From an uncultured Clostridia bacterium (GTDB lineage: Bacteria > Bacillota > Clostridia > UBA1381), in contig CANQJC010000006.1 of NCBI GenBank assembly GCA_947624165.1, forward strand, positions 14,861 through 78,860: a DNA stretch of 64,000 nucleotides. The letters run 5' to 3'. Shown here one piece after another: positions 10,323 through 20,232 of the stretch. The notes below the pieces were generated by a model, which was not told the DNA's origin, did not search any database, and saw only the letters and a program-made list of their open reading frames with translations. How positions within the stretch are numbered: position 1 is the stretch's first letter; each line of letters begins with the position of its first letter. The translations under genes and the position numbers were made by a program.

Positions 10323-10925
10323 TCAGTTTCCGTTTTCTATGTTTTTCATTTCAAATACGTTGATTTTTTCGGGTATGTAATTCTCCACATAGCTTACCGC
10401 TTCGAGCGCGTCCGTAAAAACCTTGTACAGCCGCCGGCACGCTTCGCGCATAAATTTACGCTCCATAGTCTCGTCGAGCATTTTCAGCATCGTGTCGTAA
10501 TAACCGTTAATATTGACTATCGCGATAGGTTTTGTGTGACGCTCGAGCTGCTTTAGGGTGAGCACCTCGAAAAATTCTTCGAAAGTGCCTATTCCGCCCG
10601 GTACGATTATGAAAGCGTCCGACATTTCCTCCATAACGCGTTTTCTCTCGCGCATGCTGTCGGTTTTTATAAGCTCCGTGCAGTTTTGGAAGATCCTTCC
10701 GTCGACGCCCATATCTTCAGACTCAAAGAAATCCGGCACAACTCCGATGATTTTTCCTCCTTTTTTGTACGCGCCGCGCGCCGCCGCGCCCATAAGCCCC
10801 GACGCTCCCGCTCCGTATATCAGTACGTGTCCTTTTTCGGCTATCCGTTCGCCGAGCTTTTCGACATGTCTTATGTAATCCGCGTCTATGATACTGCTCG
10901 ACGCTCCGAATACGCATATTTGCAT
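10323..10925 (-). CDS. LOG family nucleotide phosphoribohydrolase (TIGR00730-like)
   Basis: ICVFGASS, GLMGAAARG, PGGIGTFEE motif. Confidence 0.9.
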   Translation of the reverse strand: MQICVFGASSSIIDADYIRHVEKLGERIAEKGHVLIYGAGASGLMGAAARGAYKKGGKIIGVVPDFFESEDMGVDGRIFQNCTELIKTDSMRERKRVMEEMSDAFIIVPGGIGTFEEFFEVLTLKQLERHTKPIAIVNINGYYDTMLKMLDETMERKFMREACRRLYKVFTDALEAVSYVENYIPEKINVFEMKNIENGN

Positions 10926-11065
10926 TGTCGCTCATCCTCTCTGAGATTAGTCATTTTATATTTTATCATAAATCATATCGTTTGTAAATAAATTATCGTT
11001 ATGTGATTGAATTTCGGACCGACTTGTGATATACTTATACCGTAAAAGGGAAAGGAGGTCAGCCT

Positions 11066-11707
11066 ATGTACGTCACGGATCTGCATAACCATACCATATT
11101 CAGCTACGACGGTTCCAATACGCCGGAGGAAATAATCGAAAACGCCATACTCTGCGGCGTGGACGTTATAGGCATAACCGATCATCAATTTTCGATAGGC
11201 GACAGACTGCCGGAGTATTATCAATATATCCAAAGCTGCAAAATAAGATATGCGGACAAGATACGCGTTCTGTGCGGTCTTGAGATAGGCACGCGCCCGT
11301 CGCCGCCGCAGTCCCTTCCCGCGTCGTCGGAATTTTTCGATTATGTTCTTTTCGAAAGCCTTGACGACGAGCGCGCTATGGATTTTTATGAATTTATCGA
11401 ATGGCGCAGACTGTTCAAATGCAAAGCGGGACTTGCCCATACCGATATATTCAAGCTCGGCGAGAGATACGGTACGGACATACCGGGCGTTATGCGCGCC
11501 AACGATATTTTCTGGGAACTTAACACGTCCGGCAATTACCCGTATTATTATGATTTTCTTACGAACGAAAAGAAACGGCGCGCGGTGGCAGAAAGCGGCA
11601 TAGAGGTAAGCGTCGGTTCCGACACGCATTACATAGCTGAATACCGAAAAACACAGATACGCAGGGCAAACGAGCTTTTGCAAAAGCTCAATATACCGAT
11701 GCCGTAG
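11066..11707 (+). CDS. PHP-domain phosphoesterase
   Basis: DLHNHT..SYDG, GITDH, GSDTH. Confidence 0.85.
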   Translation: MYVTDLHNHTIFSYDGSNTPEEIIENAILCGVDVIGITDHQFSIGDRLPEYYQYIQSCKIRYADKIRVLCGLEIGTRPSPPQSLPASSEFFDYVLFESLDDERAMDFYEFIEWRRLFKCKAGLAHTDIFKLGERYGTDIPGVMRANDIFWELNTSGNYPYYYDFLTNEKKRRAVAESGIEVSVGSDTHYIAEYRKTQIRRANELLQKLNIPMP

Positions 11708-11721
11708 GATTGGAGAAAGAA

Positions 11722-12486
11722 ATGATACTCGCAATAGATATAGGTAACACAAATATTGTCGCGGGCTGCTGCTCGAACGACAAAATACTTTTCATGGAAC
11801 GTCTCGCGACGCGTCACGACGCAACTTCGCTCGAATACGCGATTATTTTAAGATCTATGCTTGAAATACACAAGACGGACGCGGAAAAAATCGACGGCGC
11901 GGCGATCTCGTCGGTCGTGCCCTCCGTCACGGAAGCCGTCGCGGACGCGGTCAAAAAGCTTACGGGAGTCTCCGCGCTGATAGTCGGTCCAGATATAAAG
12001 ACGGGACTTAAAATAAAAACAGAAAATCCTTCTCAGCTCGGCAGCGATCTCATCGTAGACGCGGTCGCCGGCATACACGATTACGGCGCGCCGCTTATCA
12101 TATTCGATATGGGAACGGCAACCACCGTCTCCGTGATAAATGCCGAGGGCGAATATATAGGCGGCATGATAATGCCCGGCGTGATGATTTCTCTGAACGC
12201 CATGGTAAGCGGTACGTCCAAGCTGCCGAAAATAAACCCTGAAAGACCGAAAAAGCTCATAGGCTCGAACACTGTGGACTGTATGAAAAGCGGCGTGTTC
12301 TACGGCGCGGCGTCAAGCATCGACGGTATCACGGAACGTATACGCAAGGAGCTTAAACAGAACGTTAAAGCCGTCGCGACGGGCGGCCTTGCTTCGGCGG
12401 TCATTCCTCTGTGCAAAAACGATATCATATCCGACGACGAGCTTCTCATCAAGGGACTTATGATAATCTACGATAAAAACAAATAA
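11722..12486 (+). CDS. coaX: Type III pantothenate kinase
   Basis: IDIGNTN, LGSDL, FDMGTATT, GGMIMPG, VATGG. Confidence 0.93.
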   Translation: MILAIDIGNTNIVAGCCSNDKILFMERLATRHDATSLEYAIILRSMLEIHKTDAEKIDGAAISSVVPSVTEAVADAVKKLTGVSALIVGPDIKTGLKIKTENPSQLGSDLIVDAVAGIHDYGAPLIIFDMGTATTVSVINAEGEYIGGMIMPGVMISLNAMVSGTSKLPKINPERPKKLIGSNTVDCMKSGVFYGAASSIDGITERIRKELKQNVKAVATGGLASAVIPLCKNDIISDDELLIKGLMIIYDKNK

Positions 12487-12522
12487 AAAAAGCTCCGCGC
12501 CGAAAACGGCGCGGATTTTTTT
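12486..12522. terminator. Bidirectional terminator
   Basis: TCCGCGCCG-aaaa-CGGCGCGGA flanked by A and T runs. Confidence 0.78.
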
Positions 12523-12523
12523 G

Positions 12524-13240
12524 TTACGGCATTACGGCTATCGCACTGTAATTATCGTTGTTTTTCGATTCGTTGGAATGAAGCTCTTCGAGCATTTTCT
12601 CAAGCCATTCCTTCGGAGAATCGGAATCGGCGAAGGTTTCTTCGATACATTTTTCGTCCACATACTCCCAGAAACCGTCGGTACATAACAGAAACGCGTC
12701 GCCCGCGTCGACCTCGGTCACCGCCGAAACGTCGGGCAGAAAGTGTTCCGCGTCGTATACGCATTTGACGAGCTTATTCTGGTTCGGGCTGCGTCGGATA
12801 TCGTCGTACGTTATGAACCCGTCCTTGTACTCCAAAAACGCGACGCTGTGGTCGTCGGTTATCGACGCGATTTTTCCCTCGGACAGCCTGTAAAGGCGGC
12901 TGTCTCCCAAATGCGCCCATACCGCCATTCTGCCGTCCGTCACAAGTACGACGGCTGTCGAGGACATATTGTAGCGGTCGTCCCTGCCGTCTCTTTCATC
13001 CTCGAGAGTACGCACCGCCTTTTCGAGATACGCGTAAACGGACTCCTCGGATATTTCGGGATTTTCCGAAAACGCGCCGCACACGCTGCCGCATACCGAT
13101 TCCGACGCGACCTCTCCGCAGAGCTGCCCGCCGAGACCGTCGCACAGCGCAAAGCACCAAATATCTCCCGAATGCGCGCTTTGGACAAAATCCTCGTTAT
13201 TCTCACGCCCGCCTCTGTTTGTGATTGACACCGCTCTCAT
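12524..13240 (-). CDS. PP2C-type Ser/Thr protein phosphatase
   Basis: RENNED, CDGLGG, HLGDSRLY, LCTDG, DNYS. Confidence 0.9.
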   Translation of the reverse strand: MRAVSITNRGGRENNEDFVQSAHSGDIWCFALCDGLGGQLCGEVASESVCGSVCGAFSENPEISEESVYAYLEKAVRTLEDERDGRDDRYNMSSTAVVLVTDGRMAVWAHLGDSRLYRLSEGKIASITDDHSVAFLEYKDGFITYDDIRRSPNQNKLVKCVYDAEHFLPDVSAVTEVDAGDAFLLCTDGFWEYVDEKCIEETFADSDSPKEWLEKMLEELHSNESKNNDNYSAIAVMP

Positions 13241-13244
13241 AAAT

Positions 13245-13802
13245 TCAATTCCTTCCGTGCAGCTTAAAATATTCCTCCGAAAACCGCGAGAACTTACCCA
13301 CGCTTTTCTTGTTAAACGTTACGCCGAGCGACGTGAGCTTCATCAGCAGATCCGCGCTCATTTTCTCGTTATATTCAAGCTCGACCTCATAATCCGTCTT
13401 GCCGAAGTACGTCGTCTTATCGAGACACAGCTCCGAATCGTTATGCGTTATGCTGCTGCGCAGCGTCACGGAGCTTCCCATTTTGCTCAGTTCGCCGACG
13501 TCCATGCCCGTTATCTTCTTTGCCGTCCGCGCGTCGATAACGTCCGGCGCGCCGTCGATATCAAATTCCGTTTCCTCGCATATCTGAAGCGGACTGTTTT
13601 TGTTTTTATGTACCTTGACTTGTATTTTGGCTGTATCCTCCACAACTCTTACGCGGACCGTTATACGATTTTTCCCAAGCTCGCCGTTTTCGTCTGTGTA
13701 GTAGTTGTTTGTCTGCTCCTTAACGCTGTCCCAGCGGAACGCCTTTTGTATCCTGTCGTATGTTTCTTTGTCTATCATGCATTTCAATTCTGTTTCCTTC
13801 AT
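13245..13802 (-). CDS. CYTH domain protein (YjbK-like)
   Basis: ETELK, QTNNYY, LCLDKTTY..DYEVELE, GKFSRF. Confidence 0.85.
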   Translation of the reverse strand: MKETELKCMIDKETYDRIQKAFRWDSVKEQTNNYYTDENGELGKNRITVRVRVVEDTAKIQVKVHKNKNSPLQICEETEFDIDGAPDVIDARTAKKITGMDVGELSKMGSSVTLRSSITHNDSELCLDKTTYFGKTDYEVELEYNEKMSADLLMKLTSLGVTFNKKSVGKFSRFSEEYFKLHGRN

Positions 13803-13805
13803 ATA

Positions 13806-15482
13806 TCATCTGTCCTTTATAATAGTTCTGACTTTCGTCGTACCGCGGCTTATTGCGTATTTCACCGCGGGAATGACCGTTTTGCGGTACCTTATGTTCG
13901 TGTTCGGCGAAGCCGAAATAATAACGCACTCTCCGCCCGTTTCGGAATAAACCTCGCAGCGTTCAAACGAATTGTACGCCAGCGCGGTTTCGCCTGCGGA
14001 AGCCGTACATTTGTCCGTATCGCGCGACGCCACCGCGAAGCCGCCGTCATAAGCCGTACATTCTCTGTCCGAGGTTATTTCATGCTCGCGTATATGCCCG
14101 TCCTCCGTCGGAACTATCCTCGTCGTAACGCGTATGCCGTCAAACGGCGACCACGTCGCCACGAGCGAATCTTCACCGTTCACGCATGAAATAAAGCGGC
14201 GGCGAACAAGTATCATTCCGTCCGCTTCAAACACGAGCATATTGTCGGGAGCGGCTTCCTCGACGTTTATCTGACTTCTCATCACATTAAAGCCAAACCG
14301 CGCGTTGTACGCGAATTTCAGATATTTCGGTATTATCTGACCGCACGCGAACTCCTCGTTCGTTCCGCACACATAAGCCGTGCTCTCGCCGTTTCTTCGC
14401 GAAATAAGCATATCTGCTTGCTTTATCGGCTTCAAGCCGTCGAGATCGGGCATGGGAGCCGCGCCGCATTTCCAAAACTCATGCTCGTCGCCGAGCATGA
14501 GGAACATATAAGCCTTAAGTCCCCAGTAAGGCGAACCGTGGGCGTTGTAATGCTCCGACATATGCAGATTTGGATAATCGTATCCGACGCTCAAAATACC
14601 GTCGCGCGTGAATATATCTTTTTTGAGCCACCGTTCTATATTGCGGACAATGATCCCCTTCATCACCTCGATCGGGAACGGACGCACGTCGGCCGCGACG
14701 CACGCGCTCCAAAACGCCGTCTGAGCGAACCGATACGTAAGCGACCGTCCGTAGGGAAGGGCTTCGCCGTCCTCGTTGAACCAGTATATGAAATCCTTTG
14801 CGAACATTGCGGCGCGCTCCTTATACTTTTCCGCGCGCTCCGCGTCCTCGTCTTTCATGACCGTCGCGTAAACAAGACCGTAAAAATGAAACGCGAAGGG
14901 TATATAGTAATCCGTCTGACCGTGTTCGCCGTCGCGGTACCAGCCGCCCGAAATATAAAATTCGTCAAGTCTCGAGAGATCCTTTTCAAGACGCTTTTCG
15001 TCAAATCCGCGTCCGAGCTTTCTGAGCGCGGTGTTGACAAGCACGCGGAAAAATATCCAGTTGCTGTCGCATACGTCGTGCGAATTTATCGTGCCGAGCC
15101 ACTCCGTAAGATTATCCTTCGCCGTGTCGGACAAAACGTCCCACACCTTGTCCCTTGCGAATAAAAGAGCGTAAGCGATCGCCGCCATTTCCACAAACCG
15201 CTGGTCTCTGTCATGGCAGTCGCCCCAGAACCCCTCCGAATCTCTGTCAACGCCGTCGGCGATACCCTCGGCGTAAAGCCTTTCAAAATCCGCGTCGCTC
15301 CCGCCGCCCGCCCACAGCGGTACAAGTCCCCACAGCGGACGCGCGAACGCCTCCGTGTCAGCCGCAATATCGTCATACCACGCGCTGTGCTGCGAAAAAA
15401 GAACCTTCGAACCGCGGTAATATTTTTTCAGCGGCTCAAGTATATCGGTAAGCTGCTTCGCGAAATATTCCTTATCGTACAT
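13806..15482 (-). CDS. DUF2264 family protein (GH154-related putative glycosidase)
   Basis: EAFARPLWG, DQRFVEMA, SNWIFF, YGRSLTYRFAQ, EHYNAHGSPYW. Confidence 0.85.
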   Translation of the reverse strand: MYDKEYFAKQLTDILEPLKKYYRGSKVLFSQHSAWYDDIAADTEAFARPLWGLVPLWAGGGSDADFERLYAEGIADGVDRDSEGFWGDCHDRDQRFVEMAAIAYALLFARDKVWDVLSDTAKDNLTEWLGTINSHDVCDSNWIFFRVLVNTALRKLGRGFDEKRLEKDLSRLDEFYISGGWYRDGEHGQTDYYIPFAFHFYGLVYATVMKDEDAERAEKYKERAAMFAKDFIYWFNEDGEALPYGRSLTYRFAQTAFWSACVAADVRPFPIEVMKGIIVRNIERWLKKDIFTRDGILSVGYDYPNLHMSEHYNAHGSPYWGLKAYMFLMLGDEHEFWKCGAAPMPDLDGLKPIKQADMLISRRNGESTAYVCGTNEEFACGQIIPKYLKFAYNARFGFNVMRSQINVEEAAPDNMLVFEADGMILVRRRFISCVNGEDSLVATWSPFDGIRVTTRIVPTEDGHIREHEITSDRECTAYDGGFAVASRDTDKCTASAGETALAYNSFERCEVYSETGGECVIISASPNTNIRYRKTVIPAVKYAISRGTTKVRTIIKDR

Positions 15483-15647
15483 AGCCGACCTCCGTTAAAT
15501 CGTATTTGTTCTATTATATCATTTTTTTCGCAAAAAGTAAACCCTTCGAATTGTAAACCATAAAATTTAATAAAAGGTTGACAATTAAAAAATTATATAT
15601 TATACTTGTATACGTCGATTATTTTCTTTATTTGGAGGGAAATTTAA

Positions 15648-16193
15648 ATGAAAACAAAAACAATGGCTGTGTGCGGCGTATTCGCTGCCGTTCTGTGCGT
15701 ATTCTCGGTCATGACCGTACCGATAGGATCCGTGCCGATCACAATGGGGCTTTTCGGGATAATGCTTGCCGGCGCGACGCTCGGCGCGGGAAAGGGAGCC
15801 GTTTCCGTATCGGTATTTATTCTGCTCGGAGCCGTCGGCTTGCCGGTCTTTTCGGGATTCAAGGGCGGCGTCACCGTGCTTGCGGAACCGACGGGAGGAT
15901 ATATATGGTCGTATATACCGGCGGTTGTTCTGATAGGGCTGATATGCAAATACGAGTGCAAAAGGAAAATCACCGCGACAGTCCGAACGTTTTCGGCGTG
16001 TCTCGCCGGAACAGTTCTTTGCTACGCGTTCGGTACGGCGCAGTTCATGCTCATACAGAAAACCGATTTTGTAAAATCTCTTTCGCTGTGCGTGATACCG
16101 TTTATACCGTTTGATATAGCGAAATCGGCGGCTGCGGCGTATCTGAGCGTACCGCTTCGACGCGCGCTGAAAAAGTCCGGCGCGATGGATTAA
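15648..16193 (+). CDS. bioY: Biotin transporter BioY
   Basis: VPITM, GAVGLPVFSGFKGG..PTGGYI, PFIPFDIAK. Confidence 0.9.
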   Translation: MKTKTMAVCGVFAAVLCVFSVMTVPIGSVPITMGLFGIMLAGATLGAGKGAVSVSVFILLGAVGLPVFSGFKGGVTVLAEPTGGYIWSYIPAVVLIGLICKYECKRKITATVRTFSACLAGTVLCYAFGTAQFMLIQKTDFVKSLSLCVIPFIPFDIAKSAAAAYLSVPLRRALKKSGAMD

Positions 16194-16244
16194 AAGCGTC
16201 GGGCGTAACGACCTTCATTGTCGGCTTTCGTAAATTGCCAAATA

Positions 16245-16269
16245 AAAAATCGCCCCTCGGGCGATTTTT
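16245..16269. terminator. Bidirectional terminator abutting the tRNA CCA end
   Basis: AAAAATCGCCC-ctc-GGGCGATTTTT. Confidence 0.75.
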
Positions 16270-16344
16270 GGAGCTGGTAATGGGACTCGAACCCGCGACC
16301 TGCGCATTACGAATGCGCTGCTCTACCAACTGAGCTATACCAGC
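16269..16344 (-). tRNA. tRNA-Thr (anticodon CGT)
   Basis: Reverse complement GCTGGTATAGCTCAGTTGGTAGAGCAGCGCATTCGTAATGCGCAGGTCGCGGGTTCGAGTCCCATTACCAGCTCCA folds as a cloverleaf with encoded CCA. Confidence 0.96.
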
Positions 16345-16445
16345 ATATGAATAAGCGATACGCGAGAGAGCCGAAGCTCTCTCGTATATTTCAAAAATTT
16401 GTCATTCACGCGCCGACGCGTACGAACGAACCTCCGAACGTGAAA

Positions 16446-16619
16446 TCAGAACTTTCTTTTTCTTGCAGCCTCCGACTTCTTCTTACGCTTAACACTGGGT
16501 TTTTCGTAATGCTCGCGCTTTCTTATCTCAGACATAACGCCCGACTTTGCACACTGACGCTTAAATCTGCGAAGCGCGCTGTCCAATGACTCATTATCCT
16601 TAACTCTTACTTCAGACAT
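16446..16619 (-). CDS. rpsU: 30S ribosomal protein S21
   Basis: [40 protein letters not shown]. Confidence 0.97.
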   Translation of the reverse strand: MSEVRVKDNESLDSALRRFKRQCAKSGVMSEIRKREHYEKPSVKRKKKSEAARKRKF

Positions 16620-16865
16620 TTTTTCCCCTCCCTCCGGCAAGCCGAACGGGCTTGATGGATTCAGCCGTACTTCTCGTACAACAATAAATATTATACCTTA
16701 TAACATATGGTTATGTCAAGATATTTTGTTAATTTTTATGATTAAAAACGTATTTTTTTCTTCAAACTCCCCGATTTGACTTGCATATACGCCGCGTAAA
16801 TGCTATAATATAGGCTGAAATTGATATTTACGCGCCGCGTGAGAGCGCGGCGGGATGGAGGAATA

Positions 16866-18566
16866 ATGGATTTTAAAAAATATATCACGAACATAATAGC
16901 CGGCGTGACGGAGCTTGACGAGGAAAACATATCCTCGCTTCTCGAGGTGCCGCCGGACGAAAAAATGGGCGACTACGCTTTCCCTTGCTTCACTCTTGCA
17001 AAAGTAATGCGCAAGGCCCCGCCGCTCATCGCGAAGGAGCTTTCCGAAAAAATCGGAAGCGACGACGTGGTGGACAGAACGGAAGCGGTCGGAGGATATC
17101 TGAATTTCTTTTTGAACCGCGCTTCGTTCATAGCTTCCGTCGTCGGCGCGGCGCGTGAAGCGGGCGAAGCTTGGGGCGCGTCGGACATGGGAAACGGCAA
17201 AACGGTGCTTGTCGAGTATTCTTCGCCGAATATCGCGAAGCCCTTTCATATAGGTCATTTGTTTTCGACAGCCGTCGGAAACTCTCTTGCGCGTATCTAT
17301 AAGCGTCTCGGCTACAACGTCGTGTCGCTCAACCACCTCGGTGACTGGGGTACTCAATTCGGAAAGCTTATATGCGCGTATTACCGCTGGGGCGATAAAG
17401 AAGTAATAGAAAAAGACCCGATAAACGAGATTTTAAAGGTTTATGTCAAATTCCACGAGGAAGCCGAAAAAGATCCCGCGCTCGAGGACGAAGCGCGCGG
17501 CTATTTCAAGCGTCTTGAGGAGGGAGACGCGGAGGTGACCGCGCTCTGGCAGTATTTTCGCGACGTCTCTCTGCCCGAATTTAAGCGTATTTACGACATG
17601 CTCGGCGTTTCATTCGATTCGTACAACGGCGAAGCGTTTTATTCCGATAAAATGGACGAGGTCGTGGAAATGCTCGACGCGAAGGGACTGCTGACCGAAT
17701 CGGACGGCGCGCGCGTGGTGGATCTGTCGGATCTGAACATACCTCCGTGCATCATTTTGAAATCTGACGGCGCGACTATCTACGCGACGCGCGATATCGC
17801 CGCCGCGCTGTATCGGCACAGGACTTATAATTTCTATAAGAACATTTACGTCGTCGGTACGCCGCAGTCGCTCCACTTCAGACAGATTTTCGAAGTTATG
17901 AAGCGCGCCGGCTGGGAATGGAGCGAGGGCTGCGAATTTGTCGGCTTCGGTCTTGTGAAATTCCCGGGTAAAGCTATGTCCACACGCCGCGGCGACGTGG
18001 TGTTCCTTGAGGACGTGCTCAACGAAGCCGTTGAAAAAACCCGCGCGATCGTCGAGGAAAACGATAACGTCAGGGACAACAAGGATGAGGTCGCGAGAAA
18101 AATCGGCGTCGGCGCGATTTTATACACATTCCTGAAAAATTCGCGCGAAAAGGATATAATCTTTTCGTGGGACAGCATGCTTGATTTTGAGGGCGAGTCC
18201 GGACCGTACTGCCAATACGGCTACGCGCGCGGCAGAAGTATTCTGCGCCGCGCCGAGGGAATAGACTATTCCGACCCAGACTTTTCTCTCGCCGTGTCGG
18301 ACGAAGCGTATTCTCTCGTAAAACAGATAAATTCGTTTTCCGACGCCGTCAAGGACGCTGCGGATAAAAACGAGCCGTTTTATGTAAACCGCTACGTCAC
18401 GAATCTCGTCAAGTCATTCAATAAATTTTACAATTCAAACCCGATAATGAAGGAAGGCACGGACGCCGAGACACAAAAGGCGCGTCTGGCGATAGTGGAC
18501 GCGGCGACCGTTGTTATCCGCGCCGCGCTTGGACTTCTCGGTATAGAAACGGTGGAAACAATGTAA
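16866..18566 (+). CDS. argS: Arginine--tRNA ligase
   Basis: VEYSSPNIAKPFHIGH (HIGH), NHLGDWGTQFG, MSTRRG, DALR-type C-terminus ending ETM. Confidence 0.96.
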   Translation: MDFKKYITNIIAGVTELDEENISSLLEVPPDEKMGDYAFPCFTLAKVMRKAPPLIAKELSEKIGSDDVVDRTEAVGGYLNFFLNRASFIASVVGAAREAGEAWGASDMGNGKTVLVEYSSPNIAKPFHIGHLFSTAVGNSLARIYKRLGYNVVSLNHLGDWGTQFGKLICAYYRWGDKEVIEKDPINEILKVYVKFHEEAEKDPALEDEARGYFKRLEEGDAEVTALWQYFRDVSLPEFKRIYDMLGVSFDSYNGEAFYSDKMDEVVEMLDAKGLLTESDGARVVDLSDLNIPPCIILKSDGATIYATRDIAAALYRHRTYNFYKNIYVVGTPQSLHFRQIFEVMKRAGWEWSEGCEFVGFGLVKFPGKAMSTRRGDVVFLEDVLNEAVEKTRAIVEENDNVRDNKDEVARKIGVGAILYTFLKNSREKDIIFSWDSMLDFEGESGPYCQYGYARGRSILRRAEGIDYSDPDFSLAVSDEAYSLVKQINSFSDAVKDAADKNEPFYVNRYVTNLVKSFNKFYNSNPIMKEGTDAETQKARLAIVDAATVVIRAALGLLGIETVETM

Positions 18567-18588
18567 CGTCTTGAAGGGGGAAGGGACA

Positions 18589-18801
18589 ATGATATATTCG
18601 CCCGACATACAAAAAATATGCGGCTTATGCCGTATGTCGCGCGAAGCCGGCGGCGACGAGGTATACTGCATAAAAAAAAGGCGGACGGTGCCGAAAAGCA
18701 ACGCCGCCTGCGCTAAATTTTCATATGATATTTTAAAACGCAAAGTGAAGCGCGGGAAAAGGCTCAGAACCGATTTCGATCCGGAGGATTTTGCCCTTTA
18801 G
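18589..18801 (+). CDS. Small Cys-containing hypothetical protein
   Basis: RBS GGGGAAGGG; CGLC..YC..AC pattern; directly follows argS. Confidence 0.6.
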   Translation: MIYSPDIQKICGLCRMSREAGGDEVYCIKKRRTVPKSNAACAKFSYDILKRKVKRGKRLRTDFDPEDFAL

Positions 18802-18871
18802 GCATTATCCTCTTTTTGTTTCGCCGCTTTTGACGGCGGCGTAAACGTCGGCCGCTCTCCGCGTCACGGTC

Positions 18872-19132
18872 TTATTTTATGAGCGGCTCCTCCTCAAGCT
18901 CGGACGAGGTGTCGTAAAACCCGCGCAGAAGATAATTTGTTGTTGTACCGAATAAAAACGCGAGCGATTCAATGATCTCCGAGTTGATATGCTTCACGTC
19001 GTTGTTTTCGTATCTCGTCACAGTGTTCAGCGAGACGTGCAGCATTTCCGCGAGAGCGCGTCTGCTCATACCCCTTTCCATACGCAGTCTTTTGAGCCGC
19101 TCGCCGAAGCTTTTCTCCGTGTTGTCATTCAT
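18872..19132 (-). CDS. XRE/Cro family HTH regulator
   Basis: FGERLKRLRMERGMSRRALAEML..TVTRYEN..LAFLFGTTTNYLL. Confidence 0.88.
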   Translation of the reverse strand: MNDNTEKSFGERLKRLRMERGMSRRALAEMLHVSLNTVTRYENNDVKHINSEIIESLAFLFGTTTNYLLRGFYDTSSELEEEPLIK

Positions 19133-19205
19133 AGAACATCAATAACCTTTCTGCCCGCAGAGAGAAATAAAATCAAGGCGTTTACCGCGCGCGGGCAAAT
19201 TGTTG

Positions 19206-20054
19206 TTATATTAAATTCGTCAATTCGTCAGCTATGCGCGCAAATTCCGCGAGCGAGAGCGTTTCTCCCCGCCGCGACGGATTTGATACGGCGCGCTCAA
19301 GCAGAGACGACATATCTGTTTTCGATACGGGAAACGCGGCGCACAGGCAGTTTAAGAGCGTTTTCCTCCTTTGCGCGAACGACGCGCGTATTACTTTAAA
19401 AAGCATTTTTTCATCGAGCACTCTTACCGCAGGAGCGGAACGCATAGCGAATTTGAGCACCGCGCTGTCCACCTTGGGCGGCGGCACGAACGACGACGCG
19501 CTCAGATACGCCGCGATAGAGGTATCGGCGTAATAATCGCACAACAGTGTGATCGCGCCGTAATCCTTTGAGCCGGGAGACGCCGTTATGCGCCGCGCCA
19601 CCTCCTTTTGAACCATCAGCGTGATATTGTTGAGCGGCGCGCGGCTTTCCAAAAGCATGGTTATAACAGGCGTAGTGATATAATACGGCAGATTCGCCGC
19701 GACGCTCGCCCTCGCGCCGAACTTTTCGCGTATCAGTTCATTTATGTCGAGCTTCATCACGTCGCCGTGTATGATTTCAACGTTGTCGTGACCGGCGAGC
19801 GTGTACTCCAATACGGGAATGAGCCGCTCGTCCGTTTCTACCGCGACAACTTTATCCATGCGCTCGGCGAGTGCCGCTGTAAGCGTACCGAACCCGGGAC
19901 CTATTTCGAGCGCGTACCTTTCGCCGCCGAGAGAATCGACAATTTTGCCGAGTGCCTCGCGCGATGTAAGAAAATTTTGCCCCAGTCCCTTTTTAAATGT
20001 GAAGCCGAATTTATCCTGCACGCTCCGTATCACGCGCGGAGAAGTCAGATCCAT
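19206..20054 (-). CDS. rsmA: 16S rRNA m6,2A1518/1519 dimethyltransferase
   Basis: KGLGQNFL, EIGPGFGTLT, ANLPYYITTP, FVPPPKVDS, FAQRRKTL. Confidence 0.96.
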   Translation of the reverse strand: MDLTSPRVIRSVQDKFGFTFKKGLGQNFLTSREALGKIVDSLGGERYALEIGPGFGTLTAALAERMDKVVAVETDERLIPVLEYTLAGHDNVEIIHGDVMKLDINELIREKFGARASVAANLPYYITTPVITMLLESRAPLNNITLMVQKEVARRITASPGSKDYGAITLLCDYYADTSIAAYLSASSFVPPPKVDSAVLKFAMRSAPAVRVLDEKMLFKVIRASFAQRRKTLLNCLCAAFPVSKTDMSSLLERAVSNPSRRGETLSLAEFARIADELTNLI

Positions 20055-20232
20055 TTCATTTTCTCCTTGTTTCTTCTTTAAATCATAATCCAATTATACA
20101 TTAAAAAGTACGGCAAGTCAATATGAACGCGTGCTTGAAGCGCGGCGGCAAAAAGTTTTTTACTTTTTGTTGAAAGATACAAAAATATGTGTTAGAATAA
20201 TCATATACGACCAAGAAGGAGCAGAAAATCTT

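Noticed and set aside
16200-16345. tRNA-Thr as an integration site
   Set aside because: The 3' end abuts a terminator and bioY; no integrase or duplicated tRNA end is in the window.
16781-16865. T-box leader for argS
   Set aside because: The promoter (TTGCAT-17-TATAAT) gives a leader of about 50 nt with no T-box sequence or terminator.
18872-19132. XRE gene as a prophage or toxin-antitoxin marker
   Set aside because: It is flanked by core genes (argS, rsmA), with no toxin, integrase or phage gene nearby.
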